From assembly GCA_019721075.1 (NCBI GenBank), contig JAHEAD010000014.1, positions 404 to 64,403 on the forward strand: a DNA stretch of 64,000 nt, read 5' to 3'. The position numbers were made by a program, and so were the translations under genes. Shown here piece after piece: positions 10,338-20,409 of the stretch; the stretch's first letter is position 1; each line of letters begins with the position of its first letter. The notes under the pieces were generated by a model. That model saw nothing but the letters and a program-made list of their open reading frames with translations, was not told the origin of the DNA and searched no databases. The stretch is from Candidatus Sysuiplasma jiujiangense. GTDB lineage: Archaea > Thermoplasmatota > Thermoplasmata > Sysuiplasmatales > Sysuiplasmataceae.

Positions 10338-10811
10338 CTATGCAACCCGCAGAGTTGCCTTAATTCTGTCGGGTTTAAGAAGGAGGTCAAGGCCGTCGAT
10401 GATGCTGCACACAATGATGTCTGCATTGCTGAGTGCAGAAATTGCGGCGCCTTCTCCACCAATGACTGCAATTCCCAGCCCTGATGCTTCAAGCATCTTC
10501 ATGTCGTTGCTGCCGTTTCCTAAACTGACGGTGTTCAATGCCCCAAGTTTTTCAACAAAAGCCCTCTTCTGTTCTGCCTGGTCATCACCCGTTACGATCT
10601 GCAGGCTGCATTCAACTCCATTCAGTTCTTCCCTGGCCCGCCCGTATGTATCTGCGGTAATGACATGCACATCGAGCAATTCAGACAGTTTGCGGAGCCG
10701 GCTGGCAACTCCGGGAATCAGTTTTCCATCGACGGCCAGGGTTCCGTTAAAATCAGAAGCAAGGAATTTCAGCCGAAATTCCGAAATCCCCGGAGCCTGT
10801 ATAATCAGCAT
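10338..10811 (-). CDS. HAD-superfamily hydrolase (soluble P-type ATPase-like phosphatase)
   Basis: DFNGTLAVDG motif I, TADTYG, LGNGSND motif; start reassigned to ATG 10811, preceded by GGAG. Confidence 0.85.
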   Translation of the reverse strand: MLIIQAPGISEFRLKFLASDFNGTLAVDGKLIPGVASRLRKLSELLDVHVITADTYGRAREELNGVECSLQIVTGDDQAEQKRAFVEKLGALNTVSLGNGSNDMKMLEASGLGIAVIGGEGAAISALSNADIIVCSIIDGLDLLLKPDRIKATLRVA

Positions 10812-11190
10812 GTCGTGTAACTCCATGAGGTTGATGCATGGCAATGAGCAGGTGAGACTGTTTGTGCCTCCATCCTTTTTCCCCTTCGGCCGATATTCCC
10901 TTTGAGGGTATAAATTCTCCATCGTTCCACGCTGTTCCGGACAAGGCTCACAGGTTTGAGCTGAAATTCGCCGATCGTACTAAACATTTCGCGGCACATG
11001 TTTTCACAGCGAACACAATCCGCCGCCCTTGCCGGATGGCCGCACTATTGTATGCAACGCTGTGCCAGAAACAGAATTGGAAAATAAAATAATCCACTTA
11101 TGTCGATGGTAGTTGATTGGGCATAGAAGATACCCATCTAAATGTGGCCAGTGAAAATATTATTTAGCCATCAAACTACTGGGGGCGTAT

Positions 11191-13215
11191 ATGAAGATCA
11201 AGAATGGTGACAAGGAAGTGGAGGACGGGACAATTCTATGGCAGCCGGATAATACATTTGTTGAAAATTCAAACATTGCCAGATACATGCACTATCTGGA
11301 AAATAACGGGATATGCAGTGCCGATGATTACGAATCGTTATGGCGCTGGTCAACGTCCGACACAGCGGCATTCTGGAAGTCGATTGTCGACTACTTCGGT
11401 GTCAGGTTTGGAAGTGACTATTCCAGGGTGATGTCGTCAACCCGTATGCCTGGCGTCAGATGGTTCGAAGGCGCTACACTGAACTACACCCAATGCCTGT
11501 TAGATAAAAACGAACGGGACGATACCTCAATTATATCGGTTTCCGAAACAAGGCCAAGACGAGAAGTGTCAATGCAGAAGCTCCTTTCAGATGCAGAGAG
11601 GGTTCGAAACTTTTTCAGCACCGCCGGAATAATGCCGGGTGACAGAATTGCCGCATATCTGCCGAATATCAGCGAGGCCGTGGAATCATTTGTTGCCACA
11701 GCTGCGTCAGGTGCAGTATGGTCAAGCTGTTCGCCGGATTTCGGCAGGAAGAGTGTCATCGACAGGTTCAGCCAGATAGAGCCGAAACTGCTCATTGCGG
11801 TGGACGGATACATCTATGGCGGCAGGACCTACGACAGGATTGATACAGTGGAGAGTATTCTGAAAGAGATACCCAGCATCAAGCAGGTTATACTGATTCC
11901 ATACCTCAACAGTGGTGCAAGAGTCAGGAGTGCCGTGCTGTGGGACGATGTTGTTGGAGGAAGAACGCACGGATCCGATTTCGTTTCACCCGTGCCCGTC
12001 GAATTCAACCATCCGCTTTGGATCCTCTATACGTCGGGTACTACCGGACTTCCAAAGCCCATCGTGCACAGTCATGGAGGGATTCTTCTCGAACACCTGA
12101 AGACACACTTTCTTCACTTTGATCTTGGTCCGAAAGACACTTTTTTCTGGCTAACGACAACCGGATGGATGATGTGGAATGTTGTGGTTAGCGCATTGCT
12201 TACCTCCTCGAAAATTGTTCTTTTTGATGGGAATCCGGCATACCCGGATCTTGATACACTCTGGCGTCTGGCGGAGAAGGAAAAAATAACCCATTTCGGC
12301 ACCAGTGCGGCTTACATTTCCTCATGCAGGAAGGAGGGGGTGTCTCCAGGTGAAACGTTCAAACTCGGTCAGTTGCGGGCCCTTTCATCAACGGGCAGCC
12401 CCCTTCTGCCTGAAGGATTCAGCTGGGTTTATGAAAAGGTGAAAGATGACATCTGGCTTTCATCCGTGAGCGGCGGAACAGATGTCTGTTCCGGCTTCGC
12501 CCTGGGATGCCCGCTGCTTCCGGTGAAAGCGGGAAGAATACAATGCAGAGCACTTGGAGCAGCCGTGCATTCGTTCGACGAGCAGGGCAATTCCCTCGTT
12601 GATGAAGTTGGAGAACTTGTGATCACACAACCTATGCCTTCAATGCCGATATATTTCTGGAACGACGAAAAGATGACGAAATACAGGGAGAGTTACTTCG
12701 AGCAATACGACGGGGTATGGAGGCATGGCGACTGGGTGAAAATTTTCAGGGATGGCAGTCTTGAAATTTACGGCAGATCGGATGCGACTCTCAAGAGAAG
12801 AGGCATAAGGATCGGTACCGGTGAACTGTACAGGGCGGTCGAAAACATGGACGAGATTATAGACAGTCTCGTAATCGGCATAGACATTGAGGGGGGTGTC
12901 TATTACATGCCCATGTTTGTGGTCCTGAGGAACGGGATCACCCTGAATTCTGAACTGAGGAAAAGGATAGAAGAGAAAATAAGAAATGAGCTGTCTCCCA
13001 GACATGTACCTGACGATATAATACAGGTCACAGAAATACCCAAAACACTAACAGGAAAGAAACTCGAAATACCTGTCAAAAGGATACTCTCGGGTGTTTC
13101 TCCAGGCAAGGCGGTGAATCCCGGATCAGTAGCTAACATGGATGCGCTGAACGACTTGATAGAACGGGGCAGAAATGCAATCAACGCAAAATTCAAAGAC
13201 ACGCGCCGAATATGA
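11191..13215 (+). CDS. Acetoacetate--CoA ligase
   Basis: WFEGATLNY, WSSCSPDFG, YTSGTTGLPK AMP-binding motif, TTTGWMMWN, SGGTD, W.HGD, GRSDATL, TGKKLE. Confidence 0.92.
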   Translation: MKIKNGDKEVEDGTILWQPDNTFVENSNIARYMHYLENNGICSADDYESLWRWSTSDTAAFWKSIVDYFGVRFGSDYSRVMSSTRMPGVRWFEGATLNYTQCLLDKNERDDTSIISVSETRPRREVSMQKLLSDAERVRNFFSTAGIMPGDRIAAYLPNISEAVESFVATAASGAVWSSCSPDFGRKSVIDRFSQIEPKLLIAVDGYIYGGRTYDRIDTVESILKEIPSIKQVILIPYLNSGARVRSAVLWDDVVGGRTHGSDFVSPVPVEFNHPLWILYTSGTTGLPKPIVHSHGGILLEHLKTHFLHFDLGPKDTFFWLTTTGWMMWNVVVSALLTSSKIVLFDGNPAYPDLDTLWRLAEKEKITHFGTSAAYISSCRKEGVSPGETFKLGQLRALSSTGSPLLPEGFSWVYEKVKDDIWLSSVSGGTDVCSGFALGCPLLPVKAGRIQCRALGAAVHSFDEQGNSLVDEVGELVITQPMPSMPIYFWNDEKMTKYRESYFEQYDGVWRHGDWVKIFRDGSLEIYGRSDATLKRRGIRIGTGELYRAVENMDEIIDSLVIGIDIEGGVYYMPMFVVLRNGITLNSELRKRIEEKIRNELSPRHVPDDIIQVTEIPKTLTGKKLEIPVKRILSGVSPGKAVNPGSVANMDALNDLIERGRNAINAKFKDTRRI

Positions 13216-13720
13216 AAATAGCCCGATCAGAGGATGTGATATCGGCATCAAGTTGGACAGGTTAAGCCTGATTCAGCCAATTCATGCGTAACTCCATAAA
13301 AACTGCCTTGATGTCCGTCGAGGAAGCATTTTTTATCATTTTCAGAAGAGTGCCGTTTATCCGGCACTCCATTTGTATAGAACCGGATTGATTCACGAAT
13401 TATGTGTCTTCGGGCGTTCCGGCATTACAGATGAGTTTTGTGGCCGAGAATGGTTTACAACCTTTTGGGTGAACAAGTTAGAGGCAGAAGACAGTTTAGC
13501 TGATACCGGGATAAATGAAAACAGGTTCGCGGATTGCCGGAATTCAACATTCATTATGTCTCTGTCATTTTCGGTGAGGGACCGCCGACTGCCTTCTCCT
13601 GCACGCAACAAATATTCATATGTAAAGGTGCTTTCAAAGAGGACAGCCGGGCGGCGAATTTTCACTGCCCTTGGTGACGGCTGAATGACTGTTGAATCAA
13701 AGACATAGCCGGAAGGAACA

Positions 13721-14572
13721 ATGAGGGAGAAAATACAAACTGGATGCATGGGATGGTCGTACAAAGACTGGATTGGTCCATTCTATCCCAAAGGAGCTTC
13801 CGGAAAGGATTTTCTCAGGCTTTACAGCAGCGTTTTCGGTGCAGTGGAAGTAAACTCCTCTTTTTACAGGATTCCGGAAACGGATACGGCACTGCAGTGG
13901 AAGGAAGTTACACCAGACGGCTTCACATTCACACTCAAATTCCCAAGGGAGATTATCGGTGCGGGAAAATCAGGCATACATGCAGTGAAGGTTGAGCAAT
14001 TTGAAAACTCCGCACTCAGCCTCGGCAGAAAACTGGCTGCAGTTCTTATCCTTCTTCCACCTTCGGCAACATATAGCAAAATGTTTGACTCGACAAGAGA
14101 TTTTACTGCTGCACTGGGGGACGGCATCAGATACGCCATGGAATTCCGGAATTTATCTTGGTTCAGGGAAGAAGTCTACGATCTCCTTCGTAAGAGGGAA
14201 ATTTGTTTTGCATGGTCAAGCAACCAGTACCTGGAAACTCCCCCTGAGATAACAGGTGATATCCTGTATGTGCGCCTGATAGGCGACAGGAGCCTGACAA
14301 AGTTTGATAAAATACAGATTGACAGGACGGCTGTAATGAAAAAGTGGGCGACAGAGGTCACCCTTGCCCTCAGCGACAATAAGGTATCCGGAGCACTCGT
14401 CTTTTCCAACAATCACTTCGCAGGCTTTGCGCCTCAGACAATCAACACATTCAGAAAAATGGCAGGAATGCCGGAACGGAATTGGTGGGAACTTATGTCG
14501 AGGAAGGGGAATATCAGGACGGGCTCCTCGCGCCAGACAAGACTGGACTCGGTGCCGGGCTTCACAGATTAA
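13721..14572 (+). CDS. DUF72 (YecE-like) TIM-barrel protein
   Basis: GCMGWSYKDWIGPFYP, VEVNSSFYRIP, EFR..SW, YVRLIG, F.NNHFAGFAP. Confidence 0.9.
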   Translation: MREKIQTGCMGWSYKDWIGPFYPKGASGKDFLRLYSSVFGAVEVNSSFYRIPETDTALQWKEVTPDGFTFTLKFPREIIGAGKSGIHAVKVEQFENSALSLGRKLAAVLILLPPSATYSKMFDSTRDFTAALGDGIRYAMEFRNLSWFREEVYDLLRKREICFAWSSNQYLETPPEITGDILYVRLIGDRSLTKFDKIQIDRTAVMKKWATEVTLALSDNKVSGALVFSNNHFAGFAPQTINTFRKMAGMPERNWWELMSRKGNIRTGSSRQTRLDSVPGFTD

Positions 14573-14832
14573 TCTGCTCACTGCTGAAACGTCATTGATC
14601 GGCCATCAAGCTTCCTGATTCAACCGCTGTGAGTTAATCCAGGCTTCATTAAATGCAGATTGCTCAGGCATTCGTCGGCATTCGCTGCATATTCAATTTC
14701 AGGAAACGGAAATAGTGAGTATTCCAACGAACACTGCCAAGCCGCTTATTGCGCAAGAGGGACTGTGATAAGCAGCCGATTACTGAAAGGATGCAGTCAA
14801 ATCTCCAGCGAAGAATTCAGGCACATCAAGTA

Positions 14833-14840
14833 TTTATAAA
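14833..14840 (+). promoter_or_regulatory. TATA box of the vWA-PP2C unit (probably leaderless)
   Basis: TTTATAAA ending 20 nt before ATG 14861; no Shine-Dalgarno sequence. Confidence 0.55.
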
Positions 14841-14860
14841 ATATCAATGTTCTTTGTGTC

Positions 14861-15700
14861 ATGTCGTACGAAGCTGAAATAAGCAGGTCCAATCCTACAC
14901 TGGTCCTTTTTATGATCGACCAGTCGAAATCGATGAGCTACAAGCTTCCGGGGGGAGAACGATCGAAGGCTATGGAAGCATCGGATGCCGTTAACAGGCA
15001 GATTGGCGAATTCGTGCTCCGCTGCACGAAGAGCGACGGGATAAGAGACTATTTTTATGTCGGAGTAATCGGTTACGGCTTCACCACTGGAAAGGCTGCA
15101 TTTATACTCAAGGGCGACAGGGTAAATCCCATCTCCAGGCTCGCCACAAGCACGCTGAGGGTGGAAAAGAGACAGATGAAGGTTTCAGACGGTGTGGGAG
15201 GCGTGAGCGAAGTGGACTACGACTTTGGAGTCTGGTTTGAAGCGACCGCTAACGGAGACACGCCGATGTGCAAGGCGCTGACTCTTGCAAAGGACACTGT
15301 AAAGGAGTGGATCGAGGCCCATCCGGGCTCGTATCCCCCGATACTGATAAATATAACAGACGGCCAGGCAACGGATGGAGATCCTGTAAAGGTCGCATCG
15401 GAGATAACTTCATTGAACACTTCCGACGGATCGCCGCTGTTGTGGAATTGTCACCTTTCGTCCAATCCGGCAGTACCAATCTCCTTCCCTTCATTCGAGT
15501 CTGACCTACCCGACGACAAATATGCAAAATCGCTCTTCACAATGTCAAGCGAGCTGCCTTCCCAGTACATAGGCTACGCGAGGGAAATGCAGATTGACCT
15601 GAAGGACAACGCACGGGCATATGTCTTCAATGCGCAGCTCGAACAACTCGTTCAGTTCATAGACATAGGAACAAGAGGGCCGCAGGGGCAGATGCAGTAG
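14861..15700 (+). CDS. von Willebrand factor A (TerY-like) domain protein
   Basis: MIDAS motif DQSKSM, GDTPM, NITDG; N-terminus YEAEISRSNPT resembles the vWA proteins of vWA-PP2C-kinase triads. Confidence 0.88.
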   Translation: MSYEAEISRSNPTLVLFMIDQSKSMSYKLPGGERSKAMEASDAVNRQIGEFVLRCTKSDGIRDYFYVGVIGYGFTTGKAAFILKGDRVNPISRLATSTLRVEKRQMKVSDGVGGVSEVDYDFGVWFEATANGDTPMCKALTLAKDTVKEWIEAHPGSYPPILINITDGQATDGDPVKVASEITSLNTSDGSPLLWNCHLSSNPAVPISFPSFESDLPDDKYAKSLFTMSSELPSQYIGYAREMQIDLKDNARAYVFNAQLEQLVQFIDIGTRGPQGQMQ

Positions 15701-16435
15701 TTGCTCGCTGTACATGAGTTTCACAGACCCAAGACGGGAAACAGCGAAGGTGAATACGAGGATGCATTTGCCTGGGATGAGTCTGCGGGCGCATTTGCAG
15801 TTGCCGACGGTGCAACTGAATCGAGTTTTTCCGATCTGTGGGCGGGTGCGCTCGTCTCGACATTCATTGAAAACCCTCCTGATTTCAGCAGGAATGACAG
15901 GGATGTAATGAGGGACATACTCAGGCAGGCAAGGGACAGGTGGTACCGTGCAATCGACTGGGATTCACTTCCATGGTTTCAGAAGAACAAGGCGTATCTG
16001 GGCTCGTATTCCACCCTGCTCGGCCTTCAGATTGGCGCAGAAGGGAACAGCAGAAGATTCAGGTGCATTGTTGTCGGTGACTCGTGCATGTTCAATATCA
16101 GCGGCCAGAAACTGGAATCTTTCCCGTTTGCCGACAGCCAGGACATGAATAACACTCCAAGACTTATGTGGAGCGGACTTGGAACGCCTTCAGGACTGGA
16201 GAAGGATGTTGAAATTCCGGGGATAGAGGTAAAATACGGATGGCTCAGAAAAGGAGATACAGTCATGCTTGCTACGGATGCGCTCTCCAAATGGATCCTC
16301 CAGCACAAGGCAGAAAGGCCATGGGAAACACTCCTTTCCCATGCAGACAGCTTCGACTCCTTCATAGGGAATCTGATCGCCGAGGGAAAGATCAAGAATG
16401 ACGACGTTACGCTGATTTTCATTTCTATATCCTAG
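15701..16435 (+). CDS. PP2C-like protein phosphatase
   Basis: EDA, AVADGATES, VGDSC, LATDAL, NDDVT metal-binding motifs; TTG start directly after the vWA stop. Confidence 0.88.
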   Translation: MLAVHEFHRPKTGNSEGEYEDAFAWDESAGAFAVADGATESSFSDLWAGALVSTFIENPPDFSRNDRDVMRDILRQARDRWYRAIDWDSLPWFQKNKAYLGSYSTLLGLQIGAEGNSRRFRCIVVGDSCMFNISGQKLESFPFADSQDMNNTPRLMWSGLGTPSGLEKDVEIPGIEVKYGWLRKGDTVMLATDALSKWILQHKAERPWETLLSHADSFDSFIGNLIAEGKIKNDDVTLIFISIS

Positions 16436-18086
16436 CAAGCCGCTGGGGATCGCAACCTTCCCACAGCGGATCGCGTCTTACGGCATCGCAGAGCAGTTCC
16501 GTCAGTTGTCCCGCCCTGCCCCTGGTTTTCGTGAGTTCGTTTATCACCCTTGAACGTGAAGGGTCAAGGAAGTCGCTCTTCCGGAATATAAGGCAGTCCT
16601 GGTCTCCTTTGTTGTATTTGGTCCAGAGTGATGGATCCTCCGCCACGGCAATCAGCGAAAGGTATGTGACAAGTATAGAGAAATTGTCAAGGCGCTCCGA
16701 GTAGCTGTTCGAAGTCCTCATTGGATGCTGAAAATTGTCATGCCCAAGCTCCGGTGATTTGGTGCCAGAGAACTCCGGCACATACATGCCGTCGTAGTCG
16801 ACAAGAGTGAATGATCCCGAGGGGCCTATCACTATATTGTCCCCTGAAATATCCCCATGCGCTATTCCGGCACTCCTTATCCGCACCATTTCGTCGATAA
16901 ATGTGGATGCAAGACCATTCAGTGCCGCTCTGTTGCGCAGTTGCTCTGATATGAATGTATTCAGTGTTTTTCCCTCAACCCAGTCCATACGAAGGACAGG
17001 AAAATACATTGCAGGATTCCTGAAAGTCCTGATTGCCCCTGGAAGGTATTGAAAATTTACAAACGCATATCCCTTTGCATGTAACGGCTCCAGCGCTTTT
17101 GAAATTGCCAGGTACCGCTTGTTCAGGTCCTGTTTGCTGCGCGTAAAGCATTTCAAGGCGAGTGCAGATCCGTTGTTTTCCAGTTTGAAAATAATGCCGT
17201 AATTTCCAGAGGAATAGGCGACGTTTCCAGGCAACTTGATAAACGGGTTGGGGACAACCTTCGAATTTTTAAGCGCAGCATAGCCCGGAGAAATGCTGAA
17301 GCCTATATTCTGCATTGCGCGGGTGTAATCACTCTGGCCAGGCCACGGCACGTTCGCAGGGATAACGTCAGTAACCTTTTGTGCAGGAACTGAAGGAGTA
17401 TTCGTGCTTTCGGGAAACGCGCTCCTCTGCCTGCTGGCAGTTTTCGCAGCGCGTCCGGACGGAGATTTGCGCGGAGCTGGAGGATTCGGAGAATGTGCCG
17501 TTACGGCGGCAACAGACGGGCTGCCCGTCGAAATGGTTCCTGCAGGCTGTCCAGACGAGCCTGTATTTAAATCGAGAATCGAAACACTCCTTGTGGCCGG
17601 ACGAACGAAGAAGGAACAGGTAAAAATGACAAATCCCGAAATGGCCACATAATAAGGCGGAAGGAAAAATGCAATTACGACAAGCGGGAGAGTGGTTGAC
17701 AGAAAGGACATTCTTGACAGCCGTTCCCTGACGGCTAATATGACGACAGCATCCACCGACGCTATCAGTGCGACTATCATAATAAGGCTGTAAAGCGGAT
17801 TGAGCGGATTGCCATAGAAAAACGTGGCGGCGATGAGGAGTACGCCGTAGGCTGAATAGAGCGATCTGTAGGAGCCGAGATATCCCCTTGCAAATGAATA
17901 AGCGAGCAGTGCTGAACAGGCAGCAGCCACGATGACGGCGTGATAGAGCTCGAACAGCTTGAAGGCTGAACCGAAATGCAGGTATGAATAAGCGAACGTG
18001 AGGGTCTCTTCCAGCCACATAAGGGGAACAACGAGGAGGAACAGTATCACAAGCAAAGGGACAAGGTACCTCGCGGATGGTTTCAT
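16425..18086 (-). CDS. Membrane-anchored protein kinase-like protein (triad-type kinase domain)
   Basis: About 160 aa with 5-6 hydrophobic segments, S/P/A-rich linker, then SSGNYGIIF, ALKCF, MDWVEG, HGDISGDN, VDYDGMYVP, GHDNFQHP, LDNFS. Confidence 0.88.
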   Translation of the reverse strand: MKPSARYLVPLLVILFLLVVPLMWLEETLTFAYSYLHFGSAFKLFELYHAVIVAAACSALLAYSFARGYLGSYRSLYSAYGVLLIAATFFYGNPLNPLYSLIMIVALIASVDAVVILAVRERLSRMSFLSTTLPLVVIAFFLPPYYVAISGFVIFTCSFFVRPATRSVSILDLNTGSSGQPAGTISTGSPSVAAVTAHSPNPPAPRKSPSGRAAKTASRQRSAFPESTNTPSVPAQKVTDVIPANVPWPGQSDYTRAMQNIGFSISPGYAALKNSKVVPNPFIKLPGNVAYSSGNYGIIFKLENNGSALALKCFTRSKQDLNKRYLAISKALEPLHAKGYAFVNFQYLPGAIRTFRNPAMYFPVLRMDWVEGKTLNTFISEQLRNRAALNGLASTFIDEMVRIRSAGIAHGDISGDNIVIGPSGSFTLVDYDGMYVPEFSGTKSPELGHDNFQHPMRTSNSYSERLDNFSILVTYLSLIAVAEDPSLWTKYNKGDQDCLIFRKSDFLDPSRSRVINELTKTRGRAGQLTELLCDAVRRDPLWEGCDPQRLARI

Positions 18087-18112
18087 AACTCTGAAAATAA
18101 AACACGGCTGTA

Positions 18113-18120
18113 TCTATAAA
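18113..18120 (-). promoter_or_regulatory. TATA box of the kinase gene
   Basis: Minus strand TTTATAGA ending 26 nt before ATG 18086. Confidence 0.5.
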
Positions 18121-18490
18121 GATTAGCACACAGTCGCTTGAGGCGGAGATTCTCGACGCACAAATTCAGATGCATTCATGTCATCTGTGCCAGGGCAGAT
18201 TATACGGCAGCTGAAATTGTGTTAAAACGCTGCACCTGCCAGAAATGGCTGTGAAGTTGCGGATCAGCACGTGAATTAGTGATACCCACAGCAGCGCAGG
18301 TGTCGGTCACGGCATTCGCATTACATGTTGACAGCTCCTGACTTGTGTAATCCGGCACATATGGTCTCAATTGCGCCTGTCCAGGCAACGCGCAGCCACC
18401 ATACTGTGAAAGCATCTGCGGCACTCCATGTTATCCTGTTGAATAATCAGCATGATGCGTTAAAATATCAATGCGGCATTTCTGATTCGC

Positions 18491-20356
18491 ATGGAGAAGA
18501 AGGAAATAGCGGCAAAAGCACTTGAATTTGCTGCAAGGCAGGAAAATATTGAGAAGGACACCGTCGCCGCTGGTCAGATCAGGGATTTTCTTGCCAGATA
18601 CCCTTTCAAAGAGAAGCCGGAGCTTCTGAGAACGATAGCTCCAAACGATCTTTATGACAGGAATGCCGACGATCGCTTTTTTGACTGGCTGACAGAAAGA
18701 ACCGGCATGGTAGGCCAGCTGTCCGGGTATGAAAAGGTCATCTTTTCTGAAGCGGTAAGACGATTTGACTTCCTGAAAGTGCTGCTCACGGTTCTTGTTT
18801 CCGACAAGAGGAGTGTTTCATTCAAGATTGATCAGAACTGGGGGGTCATACCGGGCTTTGGAGGCGACAAGCTGATCGCCAAGAAGCTTATCGCCATTTA
18901 CTACCCGGAAGGGGTGATCCCGGTTTTCAGGACTGAAGACCTGGAACAATTCTCGGTCCAGCTGGGTATTCCGTTTAAGAACAGTGCGTTACAGCGGTAC
19001 AGGAAGGATTATTCACTCCTCTCGGTAGGACAGAGATTTGAACTGCTGAATTCGGGATTGATGGAGTTCAAGGCCGCATATCTCGAAAAAATAACAAACA
19101 CACTGCTCGCATCATTCCTATATCATGCATTCCTGCCTTCCTTACCGCAGAAGTCCGCACCTCCGCCTGCAGCAGAGAAGCAGCTGCAGCCGAAAGCTGA
19201 AGAGGAACTTGCAAGGGCAACACAGGACTTCGAGGCAAGACTCAGGGAGGCTGACAGAACAATTAGGGAACTGAGGAACGAGGTGAAGAGCAGGGGAGAG
19301 AGCATAAGCAGACTTGAGGATAAACTGCGCACTCTGGGTGAGGAAATAAGGAAGAAGGAGTCCGACATTCAGCGGAGGGAAGAAATGATGCAGGAGGAGC
19401 TCCGGCAGTCGGATGCCAGGAATAAGCTTTTTAGCGAAGCCGAAAAGTCTGAACTGAGGAAAACGATAACAGAACTTACCAGACAGATAGAGGAGAAGGA
19501 AGAAAGACTCAAATCGCTGGAAAGGAAGCTTTCCGAACAGGAGGGACAGGTGAGGATAGGAGAGAGTGATTTCATCGATGGCGAAATCGGGACTTTTGAG
19601 AGTCCTTCCGCTCCGGATGAAAACCATCCAAAGGCAAAGACCGGCATTCAGAGGCTTGACGATCTCCTGATGGGAGGCATACCGGTTGGCTCACAGGTGA
19701 TAGTATATGGGCCATCATTCATCGGAAAGGAGATAGCAATCGACGCTTTTGCAGCCCAGGGTCTGAGCGAAGGCGTTCCACTTGTCTGGATCACCACAGA
19801 CAGGACAATAGACGAAATAAGGGAGGAAATGTCCCTCCTTCTGAACAACTACACGGAGTATGAGAAGAAAGGCCTTGTTTTCTATATCGACGCCTATTCA
19901 AGGATCGTAGGGGATACCTCCGTTTCTGAAAATACTGCATACCTGGATGACACCAGCAACGTAGAAAGCATAGGCGACATGACAAACAGCCACATTGCAT
20001 CGATCGACGCACTTGCAAAGGACAAAGGATACAGGCTGGTATTCAGATCCGTGTCGAGTCTGAGCGCGAACCACGACATAAAGAATATTTTCGCATTGCT
20101 GAGGCAGTTTGTTGCGCACAGGAGGAAGGACAGGTGTATCGGCGTCTACAGCATAGAAAGGGGCATCATGTCGGAACAGGATTTGCAGATAATAAGCAGC
20201 ATCATGGATGGAGTCATTGAATTTTCCACCGACACGAAGAACAATTTTCTCGCCGTCCGCGGGATATGCGATACACAGACAAGGGACAAAATCCAGTATA
20301 CTGCCGGAAAGAACACACTCAACATCGGTTCATTCTTCCTGGGCCGAATTAAATAG
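18491..20356 (+). CDS. Fusion protein: unknown N-terminal domain + coiled coil + KaiC/RAD55-like ATPase domain
   Basis: C-terminal KTGIQRLDDLLMGGIP, YGPSFIGKE, FYIDAYS, MDGVIEF; central heptad-rich E/K/R region; N-terminal KKLIAIYYPEGVIPVFRTEDL. Confidence 0.8.
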   Translation: MEKKEIAAKALEFAARQENIEKDTVAAGQIRDFLARYPFKEKPELLRTIAPNDLYDRNADDRFFDWLTERTGMVGQLSGYEKVIFSEAVRRFDFLKVLLTVLVSDKRSVSFKIDQNWGVIPGFGGDKLIAKKLIAIYYPEGVIPVFRTEDLEQFSVQLGIPFKNSALQRYRKDYSLLSVGQRFELLNSGLMEFKAAYLEKITNTLLASFLYHAFLPSLPQKSAPPPAAEKQLQPKAEEELARATQDFEARLREADRTIRELRNEVKSRGESISRLEDKLRTLGEEIRKKESDIQRREEMMQEELRQSDARNKLFSEAEKSELRKTITELTRQIEEKEERLKSLERKLSEQEGQVRIGESDFIDGEIGTFESPSAPDENHPKAKTGIQRLDDLLMGGIPVGSQVIVYGPSFIGKEIAIDAFAAQGLSEGVPLVWITTDRTIDEIREEMSLLLNNYTEYEKKGLVFYIDAYSRIVGDTSVSENTAYLDDTSNVESIGDMTNSHIASIDALAKDKGYRLVFRSVSSLSANHDIKNIFALLRQFVAHRRKDRCIGVYSIERGIMSEQDLQIISSIMDGVIEFSTDTKNNFLAVRGICDTQTRDKIQYTAGKNTLNIGSFFLGRIK

Positions 20357-20409
20357 CACCGGTGCAGCTTCATACTCACCTATGCTGCCGGTGTCATCCA
20401 TCAACAGTC

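Noticed and set aside
13373..13764. ORFs of 103 aa (+) and 123 aa (-)
   Set aside because: No recognisable motifs or translation signals; they overlap each other, and the minus one overlaps the DUF72 start.
17368..18129. 253-aa alternative-frame ORF over the kinase N-terminus
   Set aside because: Same-strand overlap with the kinase, with Arg/Cys-rich non-protein-like composition.
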